A DNA stretch of 56,093 nucleotides, the filler included, from Sphacelaria rigidula (Eukaryota): assembly GCA_964200075.2 (NCBI GenBank). It is 4 parts of 4 records of this genome, joined end to end, with 100 filler letters (N's around TTAATTAATTAA, not from the genome) between each part and the next. Parts side by side here need not be neighbours in the genome. Positions count along the whole stretch, not along the records: positions 14,052 to 27,999 come from CAXNAA020002561.1; positions 28,100 to 42,047 come from CAXNAA020002562.1; 2 more parts are not named here. One strand, 5' to 3'. The position numbers and the translations under genes were made by a program. A model generated the notes under the pieces. The model searched no databases and had not been told where the DNA came from. It was given only the letters and a program-made list of their open reading frames with translations. Each line of letters begins with the position of its first letter. The stretch's first letter is position 1. This document shows, piece after piece, positions 24,295 to 35,920 of the stretch.

Positions 24295-26290
24295 TCATGA
24301 GTCATCTGCATCCCAAGCGGTGTCCGTGTTCCGTAGAACGGCTGTTTCGAGTTCGCCTTGGTCGTGTCTTTGGAGGCACCAGGATCCCCTCCGAGCTGGC
24401 GGCTCATCGGTGTAGTACGCATCATCCAAGCGAATCTTAAGGGGTCTTGGGTCATCAAGGAAACGGATAAAGTAGGAGTGGTCAGGTGCAGGATCGACCA
24501 AATGAATTTTTCCCGATCACCACAGTAAACCAAGGTCTTGTACCAAAAATACGCCCCTTTCGGCAATCGTTTTCCGTGAAAATACTGCATGTATTGTGAA
24601 CGCGAAAGAAGGCTATACCCTGTCACAACAAACCGCGCTGAGTGTTCACGTGCCAGTTCTCGAGTGGCAGCTCCCTTGCGCATCGACCGATATCTCTTAT
24701 TCAACGGGCGGTGTTGGACGGTGTCTCTTACCCAGTACAGCAATATTTTCCGACGAAAATGACGCAAATCAACCTCACGCTCCCATGTAACACGCATGAT
24801 ACCCTTCCAATGTGTTCGATACATTACCACTATCTTACCTCCACGACCACGAACCAGTTGATGACCCGAAATCCTATCTACCTCAACGCGTTCCAGGCGT
24901 GCGTCCGCATCCTCGACCGTCATATGATACGGCGGAGTTTTGATTGCATACTTGGTCAACACAACATACTTGCTAAGTCCTACCGGCAGTTGTTTGGGCA
25001 TGTCAGAGGAGTCATGAGCGGGGATACACGGTTTGCATCGTAGCATCGAGACGCGATTTTTCGGTTTCAAACCAGGTTCATCCGTGGGAAAATCTAAATA
25101 CAAAAGTTTCGCTCCCACCGGACTCTTGTCTGGTGCGGTAGCGCTCGGACCAACAGCTAAAATTTCCCAAGGACCAGTCCAATTCAAGGATAGCTCCGCC
25201 TTCAATACTTTATCCAAAGATGATAGTTTCGAGCTAGCCCCTTGATTGATGGTCTTCACATCGTTATACATCCATGCCCATTGGCCTACCTTCCACACCG
25301 GGCGGTTATGCACCACATCATCCAACATCGAGTTGCCCTGGCCACCTTGGCCAAATTGATTTGGTTCTGTTCTCGTACCACTTCATATGCAAGACGAAGG
25401 CGATTGCTAACCGACAAATGATACTCTGCAACATCACGATCCAGACTCTGATGTCCACCTGTACTTTTTGCGTTCGAATACCATTAAAGATAACCGAGTC
25501 ATGCGTCCCATATGAATTTCAATCGGCGACAACCCCGTAGCGGCATTAACTGAATTGTTGTAGTTCATCTGGACAAGGGGGTGCAGGTCCCAGTCCATCT
25601 GTCTCTCATTTGCTACAGCAGCAAGCATCTGCGCCATCGTATGGTTCACTCGTTCCGTTCCACCATTGGTAGAAGGATGACATGAACTAATGAAAATGCG
25701 ATGGGCACCCAAAAGATCACTGACGGCGGCAAAAAGTTTGCCCGAAAAATGCGGGCCGTTGTCAGATAATAAGTATTTGGGCACACCCCATAGTGGGATG
25801 TACATGTAGACAAGAATGTTGGCGGTACCTTCCGCGGTATAACTACTGGGGGGGACGGCGTGCATCACCACATGTCGATTAAATCTATCCGTAAATAACA
25901 AAATATCTTTATTACCACTATCCATCAGGGGCAAAGGACCAAAATCGTCCCACGAAATCACCTCACCAGGCCCGTTTGGGAGTGGCATGGAAACAATCGG
26001 CCAACGAACTGTTTGACGAGAAGTTTTTCGTGCCTTACACGAGAGACAACGCCTCACCCACCAACGGCAACATTGATCCATACAAATCCACCAACAAATA
26101 CGTTCCAACAACTGGAAGGTCCTAATGGCACCTATATGAGTCGATGCCTGTGAAAGGCATTCGTGTGGAACCCATGGGCGCAGTAGCATCGGGACATAGA
26201 TGCGGACGGGTTCATCACCTAGCAAGCGGGAATGTCGACTTGTAGGCTTCCCCCTGGGGAGGGCTGCTGTGGGCCGGCGAACTAACAGAA
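24295..26290 (-). pseudogene. Integrase with C-terminal chromodomain-like and Tudor-like domains (frameshifted)
   Basis: ORF 25434..26225 (THIG..CLSC, WDDFGP, LSDNGP, NGGTERVN); ORF 24159..25328 (WTGPWEI GPY/F motif; EVDRISGHQ..YRTHWKG..TWERE chromo-like). Confidence 0.85.
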
Positions 26291-27999
26291 CTATACCATC
26301 ATCATTCGTAGCATACCTTTCGTTGAAAGTTCAGTAACTTCATCCTGGGTAGGCGCTTTGAGATTCCCGACTTGCAAAAGGAATTCAGTTTCTGAGAATG
26401 GACATGGACAACCTTTCGATAGATAATGGATAGCTGATTTACAAGCAGGTTCTGCCTGTTGTTCCCGGGCCCAATCGGCGTGGGAGAAGAGAGTCAAACG
26501 TACATTGAATATACCATCTGTTGAAGCGTCTACTTCGTGTTGGGTCGGTTCGGGGCGGGGTTGGCACAAAGTGATGATTTCGGAATCAAGGGTGAGCCCA
26601 CCAGTTGGTGTACTCTCAGACGGGACGTTAACTGCTACTCCTGCGTCGAATAGCGTGGAGGGTGTTGTGGTGGTGTTTGCAATATCATCACCACTGGAGG
26701 GGGGCACAGCCGTGGTTTCGGCTATGGTTGGCAGGGGCGGCACGGTCGGGGTCGATTTCCTCGGGGGCTTGCGTCGCGGAGGCTGCGGGGGCGCAAGGAA
26801 ACTATCGTGGACCGGGGTGGGGGCAGGGGGGGGAAGGTCAGGACCGGATACGGCTAATTTGGTGGCCGTTTCGGCGGTCCGCCGTCCACGTGTCCTACTC
26901 GAAATCAAATCTCGACCTTCAGCTGGTAAGACGGAGTCAGCAAAGGACGGTTCTACAACTGCTGCGAAAACCATGCGCTGACCAGTTGCACGAAAATAAT
27001 CATAGCCAACAGTATTCGTAGATAGTCCATTCCATACTGAGTACAACGATTGAGGTTGCAAGCTGCCTAGAACTGATGCGTGGTCTGTGGTCGTCAGCCT
27101 ACCCATGCCTAAAGCCGGCGTTTCTCTCAGTGAAAGTGGTGTGTGGAGACCTGTATGTGCATTCCTGCTGATGAAATATACAACGTCTTCGGTGGGATAG
27201 GTGATACGTCCCATGGCAGATTCATCGATAGGTCGAGCTGGTGTGGGCAAGCGTGACAGGAAGTCGGCGTTTGCATTCTGGGGACCTGTGCGGTACTTCA
27301 GTTGAAAGTTGTAAGACGACAGGATTTCGAACCAGCGTTGGACCCTAGCGTTGTGTTCCGCCATTTTGGCAAGGCTTTTAAAGAGTTGTGATCAGTATGA
27401 ATCAAAAACGGGATGTCATACAAATACCGACGCAGACGTCGCACGCCCCAAACAACTGCGCCGGCCTCTTGTTCCATGACAGACCAATTCTGTTCATTCG
27501 GAAAAGTGGTGCGACTCAGACAAACAATGGGACGAACAGTACCATCGACTCGCTCTTGTTCTAATGTGCAGCCAAACCCAATTTTGGAAAAATCTGTGTA
27601 GAGCCGAAAAGGGCGGGAACCCTGCTCCGCGGCCGACCAGTCGGGGACGACGAGAATCTGCGTGCGCGAAAGGGTGTCCAGGAGGCGGCAGACGGTTTTT
27701 TCCATTTCCAATGTGAACACAAATTTCACCCTGTTTTTGAGGAGGGTGATGAGGGGTTCTAGCTTTTGGGCAAGGTTTGGCAAGTACTGTCTGTAGTAGC
27801 TTAGACCTCCCAACAAGGAACGCAATCGAGAAATGTCCCGTGGCATGGGCATATCGGAGAGTGCGGCGACCTTGTCGAGGTTTGGGCTACGACCTTTGGG
27901 GGTGATGCAATGACCCAAGAACTCAATCTTCGTGGCGCCAATGCGGGATTTGGAGGGTGCGAGTTTCAAGTTGTGTTGTTCAAACCGATTGAAGAATGA
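26291..27999 (-). pseudogene. RT C-terminus, RNase H and long Pro-rich RH-IN linker (frameshifted)
   Basis: ORF 27298..27969 (IEFLGH, LYTDFS, EQEAGAVVW, HTDH); ORF 26291..27364 (RVQRW..NANADFLSR). Confidence 0.9.
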
Positions 28000-28099
28000 N
28001 NNNNNNNNNNNNNNNNNNNNNNNNNNNNNNNNNNNNNNNNNNNTTAATTAATTAANNNNNNNNNNNNNNNNNNNNNNNNNNNNNNNNNNNNNNNNNNNN
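28000..28099. other. Artificial contig spacer
   Basis: N44-TTAATTAATTAA-N44. Confidence 0.98.
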
Positions 28100-28214
28100 A
28101 AGGCAAGCAACAAATGAGTACGACCCCCCCCCCCCCTTGGCTCCGGTGTTTTTTTGCGGTCACCAGAATGGTAGTCGAGCTAGATCATATTTTGCGGGGG
28201 GGGGAAGCCTCGAT

Positions 28215-28563
28215 TCCGCGCATAGGTAAATCATGCTACGTCGTGTTTATATGGTGAGACACCCTTGAGGCAGACAACCCGTGGCCATCTCTAGAAGTGG
28301 CGATACCAGAAAAAATTATCAACATATTCGAGGCTGCCATCTGTGCGAAAGATATTAAGTACGCTTCGGTCCGAACAATCTTAGCAGGATACAGCTCACC
28401 CTCCACGTGCCTTGCCAAAATATATATCACCGCGCTTCGCGCTTGGTAACTGATTGCGAGCCTGGCCCGGCGAAAGTACGGCGTGCTCCGTCCCGGCTTT
28501 TCACCGATGTGAGATCAATGGCCATATGGATACGGCCTGCAAGATCATGAATACACCCCCCCC
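28215..28563 (+). repeat. Dispersed ~350-bp repeat ending GATCATGARTACA-poly(C)
   Basis: Aligns in reverse with ~35575-35920 and partly with 42148-42218. Confidence 0.7.
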
Positions 28564-28622
28564 TCTTGACCCCGGCCTTCGATGAACAAACCCACGAAAT
28601 ACTGGGTACTTTCAACGCCTAC

Positions 28623-31600
28623 CTCGTCGGCTGTTCAAGTTCCGTGTAGGCTTTACCGATGCGGTAGCACGCCTGGCCTAGGGCGGTCTTGTCACCCGCC
28701 GCCCTCGCTGCCCCTAGGCTCTTCACCCAGTACTCGATAGATCCGTGGTAGTCACCGGAGGACTCTCGCTCCTCCGCGAACTTGCGGTACACCTGACGAG
28801 TGTGAGTATGACATTTTGCTGTGCATATCCACGCACGTGGCTTTACGGCGAACCTGACGATTGATAGTTTGCCGTTGTTGTAGTCGTGTGTAGGCATATG
28901 ATACTCCTACCCGTTGCTGCTGCAAATGACGTATACACGTATACTATGTTAACTACAGCGCTCTACCTGATGCGAGAGACCTACCTGATTATTTTGGTTG
29001 GTTTGCACCGTGTGCAGGTACGCGCACATAGATTACGCCCTCCCAAATAATTGATTTCCAACTTCGGACAAAGCTCATTTTTCATTAAAAAAACAGCATT
29101 GTTCGGTGACAAATGCTCCCGTTTCTCAACAAACTATCCTAGTGTGCCCAGCCCGAATGTCCCGAGGGCGGCGAACGTTCATCATGTATCCATGAATCAA
29201 ACCCTCGACGATAGAACTGCGTGTTTGCGCACCTTGATCAGCTCATCATTGGCGATATTTTGCTCTTCATCAACATCCACAGCCTGAGCCAGCTCATGAT
29301 GTCTCTCGTGGAAGCTAGTCGCGGTTACGACATCTCCCTGTTGGCGGAAGGACATCACGTGCAACAGCGCGCAGATAGCAACATAGTGGGTTGGGAATTT
29401 CAACACAGCATTCTCCTGCGATTCGTTCTGTACTTCAGACGCGGGAGTAGCGAAGGCCAGATGTGTGTACCCAGCCTCGACGACAGTTCCTATACTCCGC
29501 ATCATGCCAGAAGAAAAGTTCAAGCAAAGGAGAACGGTATTACTGCAGGCTTTGCGATCTAAACTTCCAAAGCCCGAGCAGAACGTGTGAAGATACGCTG
29601 GATCAACCTCGCATTTGGGTGCCTGAACCCTACATCTCATGGCCTCGGGGGTCACGTGCTGTATTCAAGCCCACCATTTTGTCGTAGACCAATCCTAGGC
29701 GGTGGTTGGCGCTCATCTCCCCGCCCCTGTCGTTGGTAAGACGACTTATCTCCAGACACTTCTCGTGGAAGTAAACGCCAGTCTTGGGGTCGTTCATATG
29801 TTGGTAGTACTGTGCAAGACTGTAAACGGACGTGGAAAAATCACCAACACAGATGAAATTCAAAATTCGCAGTCTGTGGACGACAGAAACAAGTCTGAGG
29901 GAAACGTACGCGACAGATAATTCACTACACCGAGGGAACCACTCCGTATCTCGCACGTTTTCATCATTGCTACACCCGCTGACAATGTGCGCGCCAGTGT
30001 AAGAGCGCGGGAGATGAAGCACGCACGTACTGCTTTTGATGCTGCATGTGTGTTTCGTACTGTCTCGTGAGAGGAAAACGCAACAACGGTACGTAGCACA
30101 TCAGAGATAACTTTTTGCGCGGCGATTGCGGCAAGTATCAGGCATCACTGAAGAACGCTTGGTCAAGACCAGCGCGATTACAAGCTTAGCGCACGGTTTT
30201 CAGACAACAGGTGACGACTCGGGAGTTAACGTTACGGAGTACCTGGATGCCGTGCAATGTCGTGATAACCCGATACTTCCCCGTATCGAGGGTCGGCAAC
30301 AAGTATGGCAATGACGCTCCGGACAATTTCTCGGTGCGCCATATCAAAATCACAGACCGGGAGGGCAGAGCCGTAGGAACAGCAGCTGTCGTCCCCCATA
30401 GAGGGAAGGAAAAGTATGTCTAGCGCTCCCTCTGGCGCAAAAACTAGATGATCTCTGTACCAGATATTTCGTTGATTTCCTCTTCTAGGAGCTTCGAATA
30501 GCCGCAGAAGATCCGTATTCCATGAGTATGCAACGCGAGACATGACCACATCATACACAACGCGCATAATAGGCATACCTGTTATACGACTTGTAGACAG
30601 ACGGAGTGTCGCCTCGTCGGCGCGCACTTTCGGCCGCCACGAGGTTGTCTCTGATGAAAACCATCTCTCGAGCGGGTACGCTAATCTCTCCGGCGTCTTC
30701 CGTTGGATCGGCGATGTCTGGTGAATGTATGAGTAGTGGTTACCTTGAAGGAACAAGACTCTGGCAGGATTTTGTACTTATGCGAGGCCTGCGGCCGACG
30801 CCGAAGCGCTCAGCCAGAGAGATCTCAGGCAGGACAGTGTACTTGTCAACGATAGTAATTGAGGATGAGAAAGTGTAAAAAAGCGAATGACTTCCAGCAG
30901 CAGTCAGTCAAAGGGGGAGCGATATAGAAGTTGGAACGATGTGTTTCAGTTTCAACATTAGCGCTATACTCTAGTGATTTTCAGCTGACGGCGATTTTTG
31001 TCATTTGTTCGTAGCCGGCAATTTTCGTCAGTTTTTTTGCGTACCACCACTCATTCTAGTGAACGTGTGCTCTCGAAGTTCAGAGATGGCGAGATACTAG
31101 GGATTCGCTTCACATTCCGAAACGAAATGATATCTGCGCTCAATATTGGAAGACTACTGGGCTGAAGTGCAAGGGGGTGTTACTGGCCGATTTTTATCCG
31201 GAACGCATTTCTTTTCGATTCTAGCGCAATAAGCATGTAAAAATGAAATTGAAAAATGGTCTGTAAAATTACTCACGACGGCGATCGGGATGTTTCACCC
31301 TCTGTGCAGAGCGCGGTTGAGCAATCTTCGTTTTCGAGTACTTTTTTAAAGCTCGTTGTACAGTATCCTTCCTTGGCACTCGCAAGTGCTAGCGTCGATA
31401 GATATTGGGGGGGAAAGCAGGCCGTGCTCCGGACACAATCCTCAATTGGTGTGGTCAGGTTTTTACGCAGTGAGTAACTCGCTTATCAGGGGGTGTTATC
31501 AACCGTCAATTGTCGAAAAAACATAGGTTTGAGGGTCTGGCACAATAAACAGGTAAAAATTCCATAGAAAAGCATTTTTATTTGTTCACGAGAACGATCA

Positions 31601-32935
31601 GGATTGCTTCAATTGAGCAAAAATACAGAAGGTTTAGAACCTGGGGTTGGGTAGTCGCAGCACATCCCGAAAACCGGTCAGCCCGTGAGTCGTTCAATAT
31701 TGAGTGCGGAGATGGTTTGGTTCCGGAATGCGCAGTGGATGCCTAGTGTCTCCCGATCCCCGAATTTCGGGGTTAAACGTTCACTGGGATGAGCGGTGGC
31801 AAGCGAAAACAACTCTGAAAATTGTCGCCCACAAAAAAATTACAAAAATCCCCCATTCAGCTGAAAACTACTGTATCTTTACTGTACCACGAACGAGTTT
31901 GATACCAACAACTTCCAATAGGTAGCCAAAATGGCACAGCAGATGCTTCGAAGCACCTTGCGCCAACATGTCCGACATGTCCGACGCCGCACACTTCACC
32001 GGACAAGCACAAAACATGTTGTATAAATAGGGGTGGGGGGTCGTGAGGGGTGCTCGTTGCGCTCTGCCGAAAGAAAGGCACACGTCAGCCACGACGGCTG
32101 AAAAAACGCTTTGAAAACATATTTTCATCTGCCCATCTGTAACTGAGGGACAGGTACGTGCCGACCACACCTGTTAAGAAAGATCTGAAAGTCACGATCA
32201 CCTGCTGATCTCCGAATAAATCAGGAGAGGTAGTAGACTTGCACAATATGCACAAAACAAACTGCGGAACAGGGAATCTCAGGGGGGGAAACAAAATTTC
32301 GGGGGAAAGTGAAATCAGATGGCTTCAAACGGGGAAATCTCCGGGCATAAAAACGACAGTACTTGTACAACGGAGCTCGGGAGAAGAAGAAAAACAAGTG
32401 GTAACGGAGTTCTCAGGGCTCAAGGAGCAAAATGCTTCGAATTGAGCGCGAATAATCCTCGCATATATCTGTTCCTTTGGTGCAAGACCTATCGAGAGAA
32501 TCTGGCTCGCGGCGATACCCTACGAACGCTACTACGAGTGTACTCAACAGTGCCAGCAAGCAGCACGCACCATATCGCTTTTTGAAACAAGACACGGTGA
32601 CTCCGTGACAGGAAGTTCGCTTGCGACTCAGATTGTTCCCAGCTTCATGTTTCACCTTGTACGGGCTGTGGCCTGTGAGTAAGGTAGAAAAAATCAACGA
32701 AGGTCTGCACGTGCCCTCCGGCAAGAATGTCCTCGCAGATGCCCCGTCGGTTAACGCCCTGCAAATCGTGCTGCTGCTCGGCCGCCTGATTGCTCGACAC
32801 GCTTCCACCGCCACCTCCGCCGCCGTGCTCCGAGCTCCCCTCCTCGGTGGGCCCACGCCTCCGATGTAACAACCGGGACTTGCGCAGCGGGGCGCTCGTG
32901 CGAGCGGGTACGGTGGTTACTCCGACCGCTTGCAT
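28623..32935 (-). CDS. TTC29: Tetratricopeptide repeat protein 29-like, 5 exons (32656-32935, 30579-30717, 29675-29819, 29233-29337, 28623-28792), 3' end off contig
   Basis: GT-AG junctions with consistent phases (1,2,0,0,2). Peptide ICEDILAGGHVQTFVDFFYLTHR..FIRDNLVAAESARRRGDTPSVYKSY..GVYFHEKCLEISRL..ANHRLGLVY..FHERH..QACYRIGKAY resembles TTC29-family TPRs. Confidence 0.75.
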
Positions 32936-33439
32936 CTCGTCGATGGCCTACGCGGGTAGAGTGTGTATCGATCGAAGTGTATCGAGGTACTTGTTATGCT
33001 GTAAGTCTGCCGTGTGGAGAAGGACCGGCAAAAGCGAAAACGATGGCAACAGCGCAACCACCGCGACGGTAATATGGGTAGTAGACGCAACAAATATCGA
33101 GGAACGGCGGGGGCAACCGAGCGCGCGATGGTGGAGATTCTAGAGAATGAAGCAGCGTAGGAATGGTGGGTGATGAGCACTTCACCAACTCTTCCCTCAC
33201 GAGACTGTGACCTGGGACCTGGTTTGTTTCACTACTGTCGTGCTTAACCCTTATCCTGTAAAGGGGGATAAGCACGGCACACGGCCGGACAAGGGTAATG
33301 TTTTGCGTCGATTGTAGGCCCGTCTGCTCAGCCAGGACAGATATATGTGAAACGCGTGTGTATGATGCTACCTCTAGAGGTCTCCTCTCCTTCGGTAAAA
33401 GGACGACAAACAGCGAGTCGTGGTGTTGTTGATGAGGCG

Positions 33440-35215
33440 GGGGAGGGGGTGGCGTGCTTATTTGTTGCTTGCCTTAGCCGTTTGACCATTGACCACGCAT
33501 CCCTTTCGAGACGGGCCACCGTTCCTACTCCTAATAGAGACACCTCCAACATTTAGGTGCCCCTTACGTTTCTTCCATACCCTACACAAAAACCTTTCAC
33601 ATATCTTATCGCCGTCCTCTTTCGCTGCCTGTGGCCACCATCTATCTCCTAGTATAGCCATCGTTTTCTCCCTGCTGTATAATGCATCGAACAATTTCAT
33701 GCCGCGTCCTTCGTTCACGTCCCGCATTTCCCCCTCTAGCACGTCTCGTTCCTCCTTGTATAGTTCACATTCTGCCACTATATGACTTCTGCTCTATATT
33801 GCCTTGCCACAGGGGCAATTCTGTGCATCTACTTCCTCCTCCCCTCGACTACTGGCAAACCTCTTTCTTCTTTCTGGCAGATCCAGACCTAGCCCGAAAT
33901 CGCAGTTTCCAACATTTCGCCGCGTCCATGGGGTCATGCAGATATGTTTTCATTCCGATCCCCCCATATATCTCCAGATGTTCTTCCTCGTCTACTTTGC
34001 GTCTGAGCGCTCCTTTTCCCCTTATTTCTATCATGTCTCTTACTTTTGCCTTGTACCCCGCGCCTTTACATATGGACAGTATTTCGTCTTGCTTTCCTCG
34101 TACTTCCTTCCACACTTTCTCGGCTTCTGTATCTCACCTTATTCCAGCCTGCCCTATCGTACTTTTCCTCCACACAGCCCTATCAACTATAGCTGGCAAT
34201 CTCTTTCTCTGCATGTTCTTTACGCTATATTGTCATCGAAATTTTCGCATGTCTCTCTTAGCTTTAAGTGAGTACACTCCCAACTCTGCTCTCAATGCTG
34301 TATTACTCGTCGTTTTCGAGCATCCAAGTAGTTTCTTAGCTACTGCCATCTGTACTGTTTTCAGCTTCTTCACCGACTTCACGTTCCCCTCCCATACTCC
34401 TCCTGCATATTCCAGCTTTGGTACAATCACGTTCATCAGGATACATCTCTTAATCCTAGTATCTAGGTGCGAGTCTCTGAGGATCATGTCCATCCTACCC
34501 ATCTGTGTACTACCCTTTTCTATTACCTTGTTGATGTGTGCATCCCAAGAACAGTGTTTTGAGATCTTGACGCCGAGGTATGCATACTAGCCTACGGTCG
34601 GCAGTTCCTCGTCTCCCCACTTCAATTTGAACTCTACCAGATTTTTCTCATCTTCGTTACAGACGAGTACCGCGCATTCGTTAACGTTCGCTGTCACTCT
34701 CCATTTACTAGTGTATCCTCGCTCCTTGTCTATCTGTTCCTGAAATCCTTTTGCAGTTCCTGAAATCCCCGCAAAATCATCCGCGAACATCAACCTTGAT
34801 ACCATATCTCCACCCACCTTGACTCCTTGCTTTGCTGCTTCTACTGCGATTATCAGGTCATTAATAAATACCTTGAACAGAGTGGGTGATGATGTACATC
34901 CATGTGCAACTCCTTGTAAAATATCCAAATATTTCGATATTTCCTCGTCTAGCATCATGGCACTTTTGGCACATTATTTCATCTTCTCTACCATTCTCCA
35001 CATCTTTCCAATGATCCCGGTGTCCCACAACGTTTTCCACTACCCATTTCTCCATACTGTTGCGTCATAGACCTTTTGCACGTCCAGAAAAGAATAGTAC
35101 GTTGTCAGCCCGGTGTCTCTCCTACCCTGAATAATCCTCCCTAGTGTGTACACACGGTCTACGCAACTACGGTTTGGTCTAAATCCTGTTTGCCCCTCGC
35201 TGATTTTCTCCTTTT
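33440..35215 (-). mobile_element. 5'-truncated degenerate non-LTR retrotransposon (LINE) ORF2: RT plus C-terminal Cys-His motif
   Basis: QTGFRPNRSC..FLDVQK, GVAHGCTSSPTLF, LMFADDF, YLGV, CPCG..HIVAEC. The 3' tail GGCAAGCAACAAAT also occurs at 28100-28115. Confidence 0.9.
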
Positions 35216-35574
35216 TTAGCAGGCGCGGGGGGAGGGGGGGGGGGGGTGATCCTCACGTACGTCGCTGAAGATGGCTGCTTCAATAAAGGGGATCAATGTA
35301 CGGGTCAAATGTATGTAATATTCATGTTTGCAGGGCAACCCCGGGGCACCACTGTAGACATGGAGGGCATATGACATGTGGTAGTTTTCTCCACAAGATG
35401 CAGAAACTTGAGAGCTATCCCATCGTGGGGGGGGGGGGGGACCCGGGGGGGGGGAACCGGGGGGGGGGGGGACGAGGGATCTTGAGATGGGGGGGGTGTT
35501 GCCCTTGGANNNNNNNNNNGGGGGGGTGGCGGGGCGGGCGGGGGGGGGGGGGGGGGGGGGGGGGGGCAGCCGGG

Positions 35575-35920
35575 GGGGGGGTGTACTCATGATCTTGCAT
35601 GACGGAGTCATATGACCGTTGACCTCGCATCCCTACAAAGTCGGGACGGAGCACGCCATTTTTTCACCGGACCAGGCTCACGATCAATCACCAGGCGCGA
35701 AGCGCCGTGATGTGTTCGCCGAGTCGAATAAAGGCTGGGCTGCATCCTGCTAAGATCGTTCAGCCCGAAGCGCGCTGATTATCTTGCATATGGATGACCG
35801 CCTCCGATGAGTTGCTTCATTTCCTGGTATCGCCACTTCCAGGGACAGCCATGGGTTCCGGACTGTCTCATGGGCGTCTCACCGTTTCAATACTACGCAG
35901 TATGATTGTTCCCTTTGCGC
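35575..35920 (-). repeat. Dispersed ~350-bp repeat (same family as 28215-28563), next to a G-run cluster
   Basis: Reverse-complement similarity visible by eye. Confidence 0.7.

Larger units (their letters stand above)
14052..27999 (-). mobile_element. Circularly permuted large chromodomain-bearing Ty3/Gypsy LTR retrotransposon (13,821-bp unit)
   Basis: 14052-14178 is identical to 27873-27999 (127 bp). PR-RT at the left end continues into RT-RH-IN-chromo at the right end. Confidence 0.9.

Noticed and set aside
33682-34590. 302-aa plus-strand ORF
   Set aside because: Antisense shadow of the LINE ORF2.
35216-35654. Pro-rich/Gly-rich ORFs and G-quadruplex-like runs
   Set aside because: Homopolymer G runs around a 10-N gap; low-quality low-complexity sequence.
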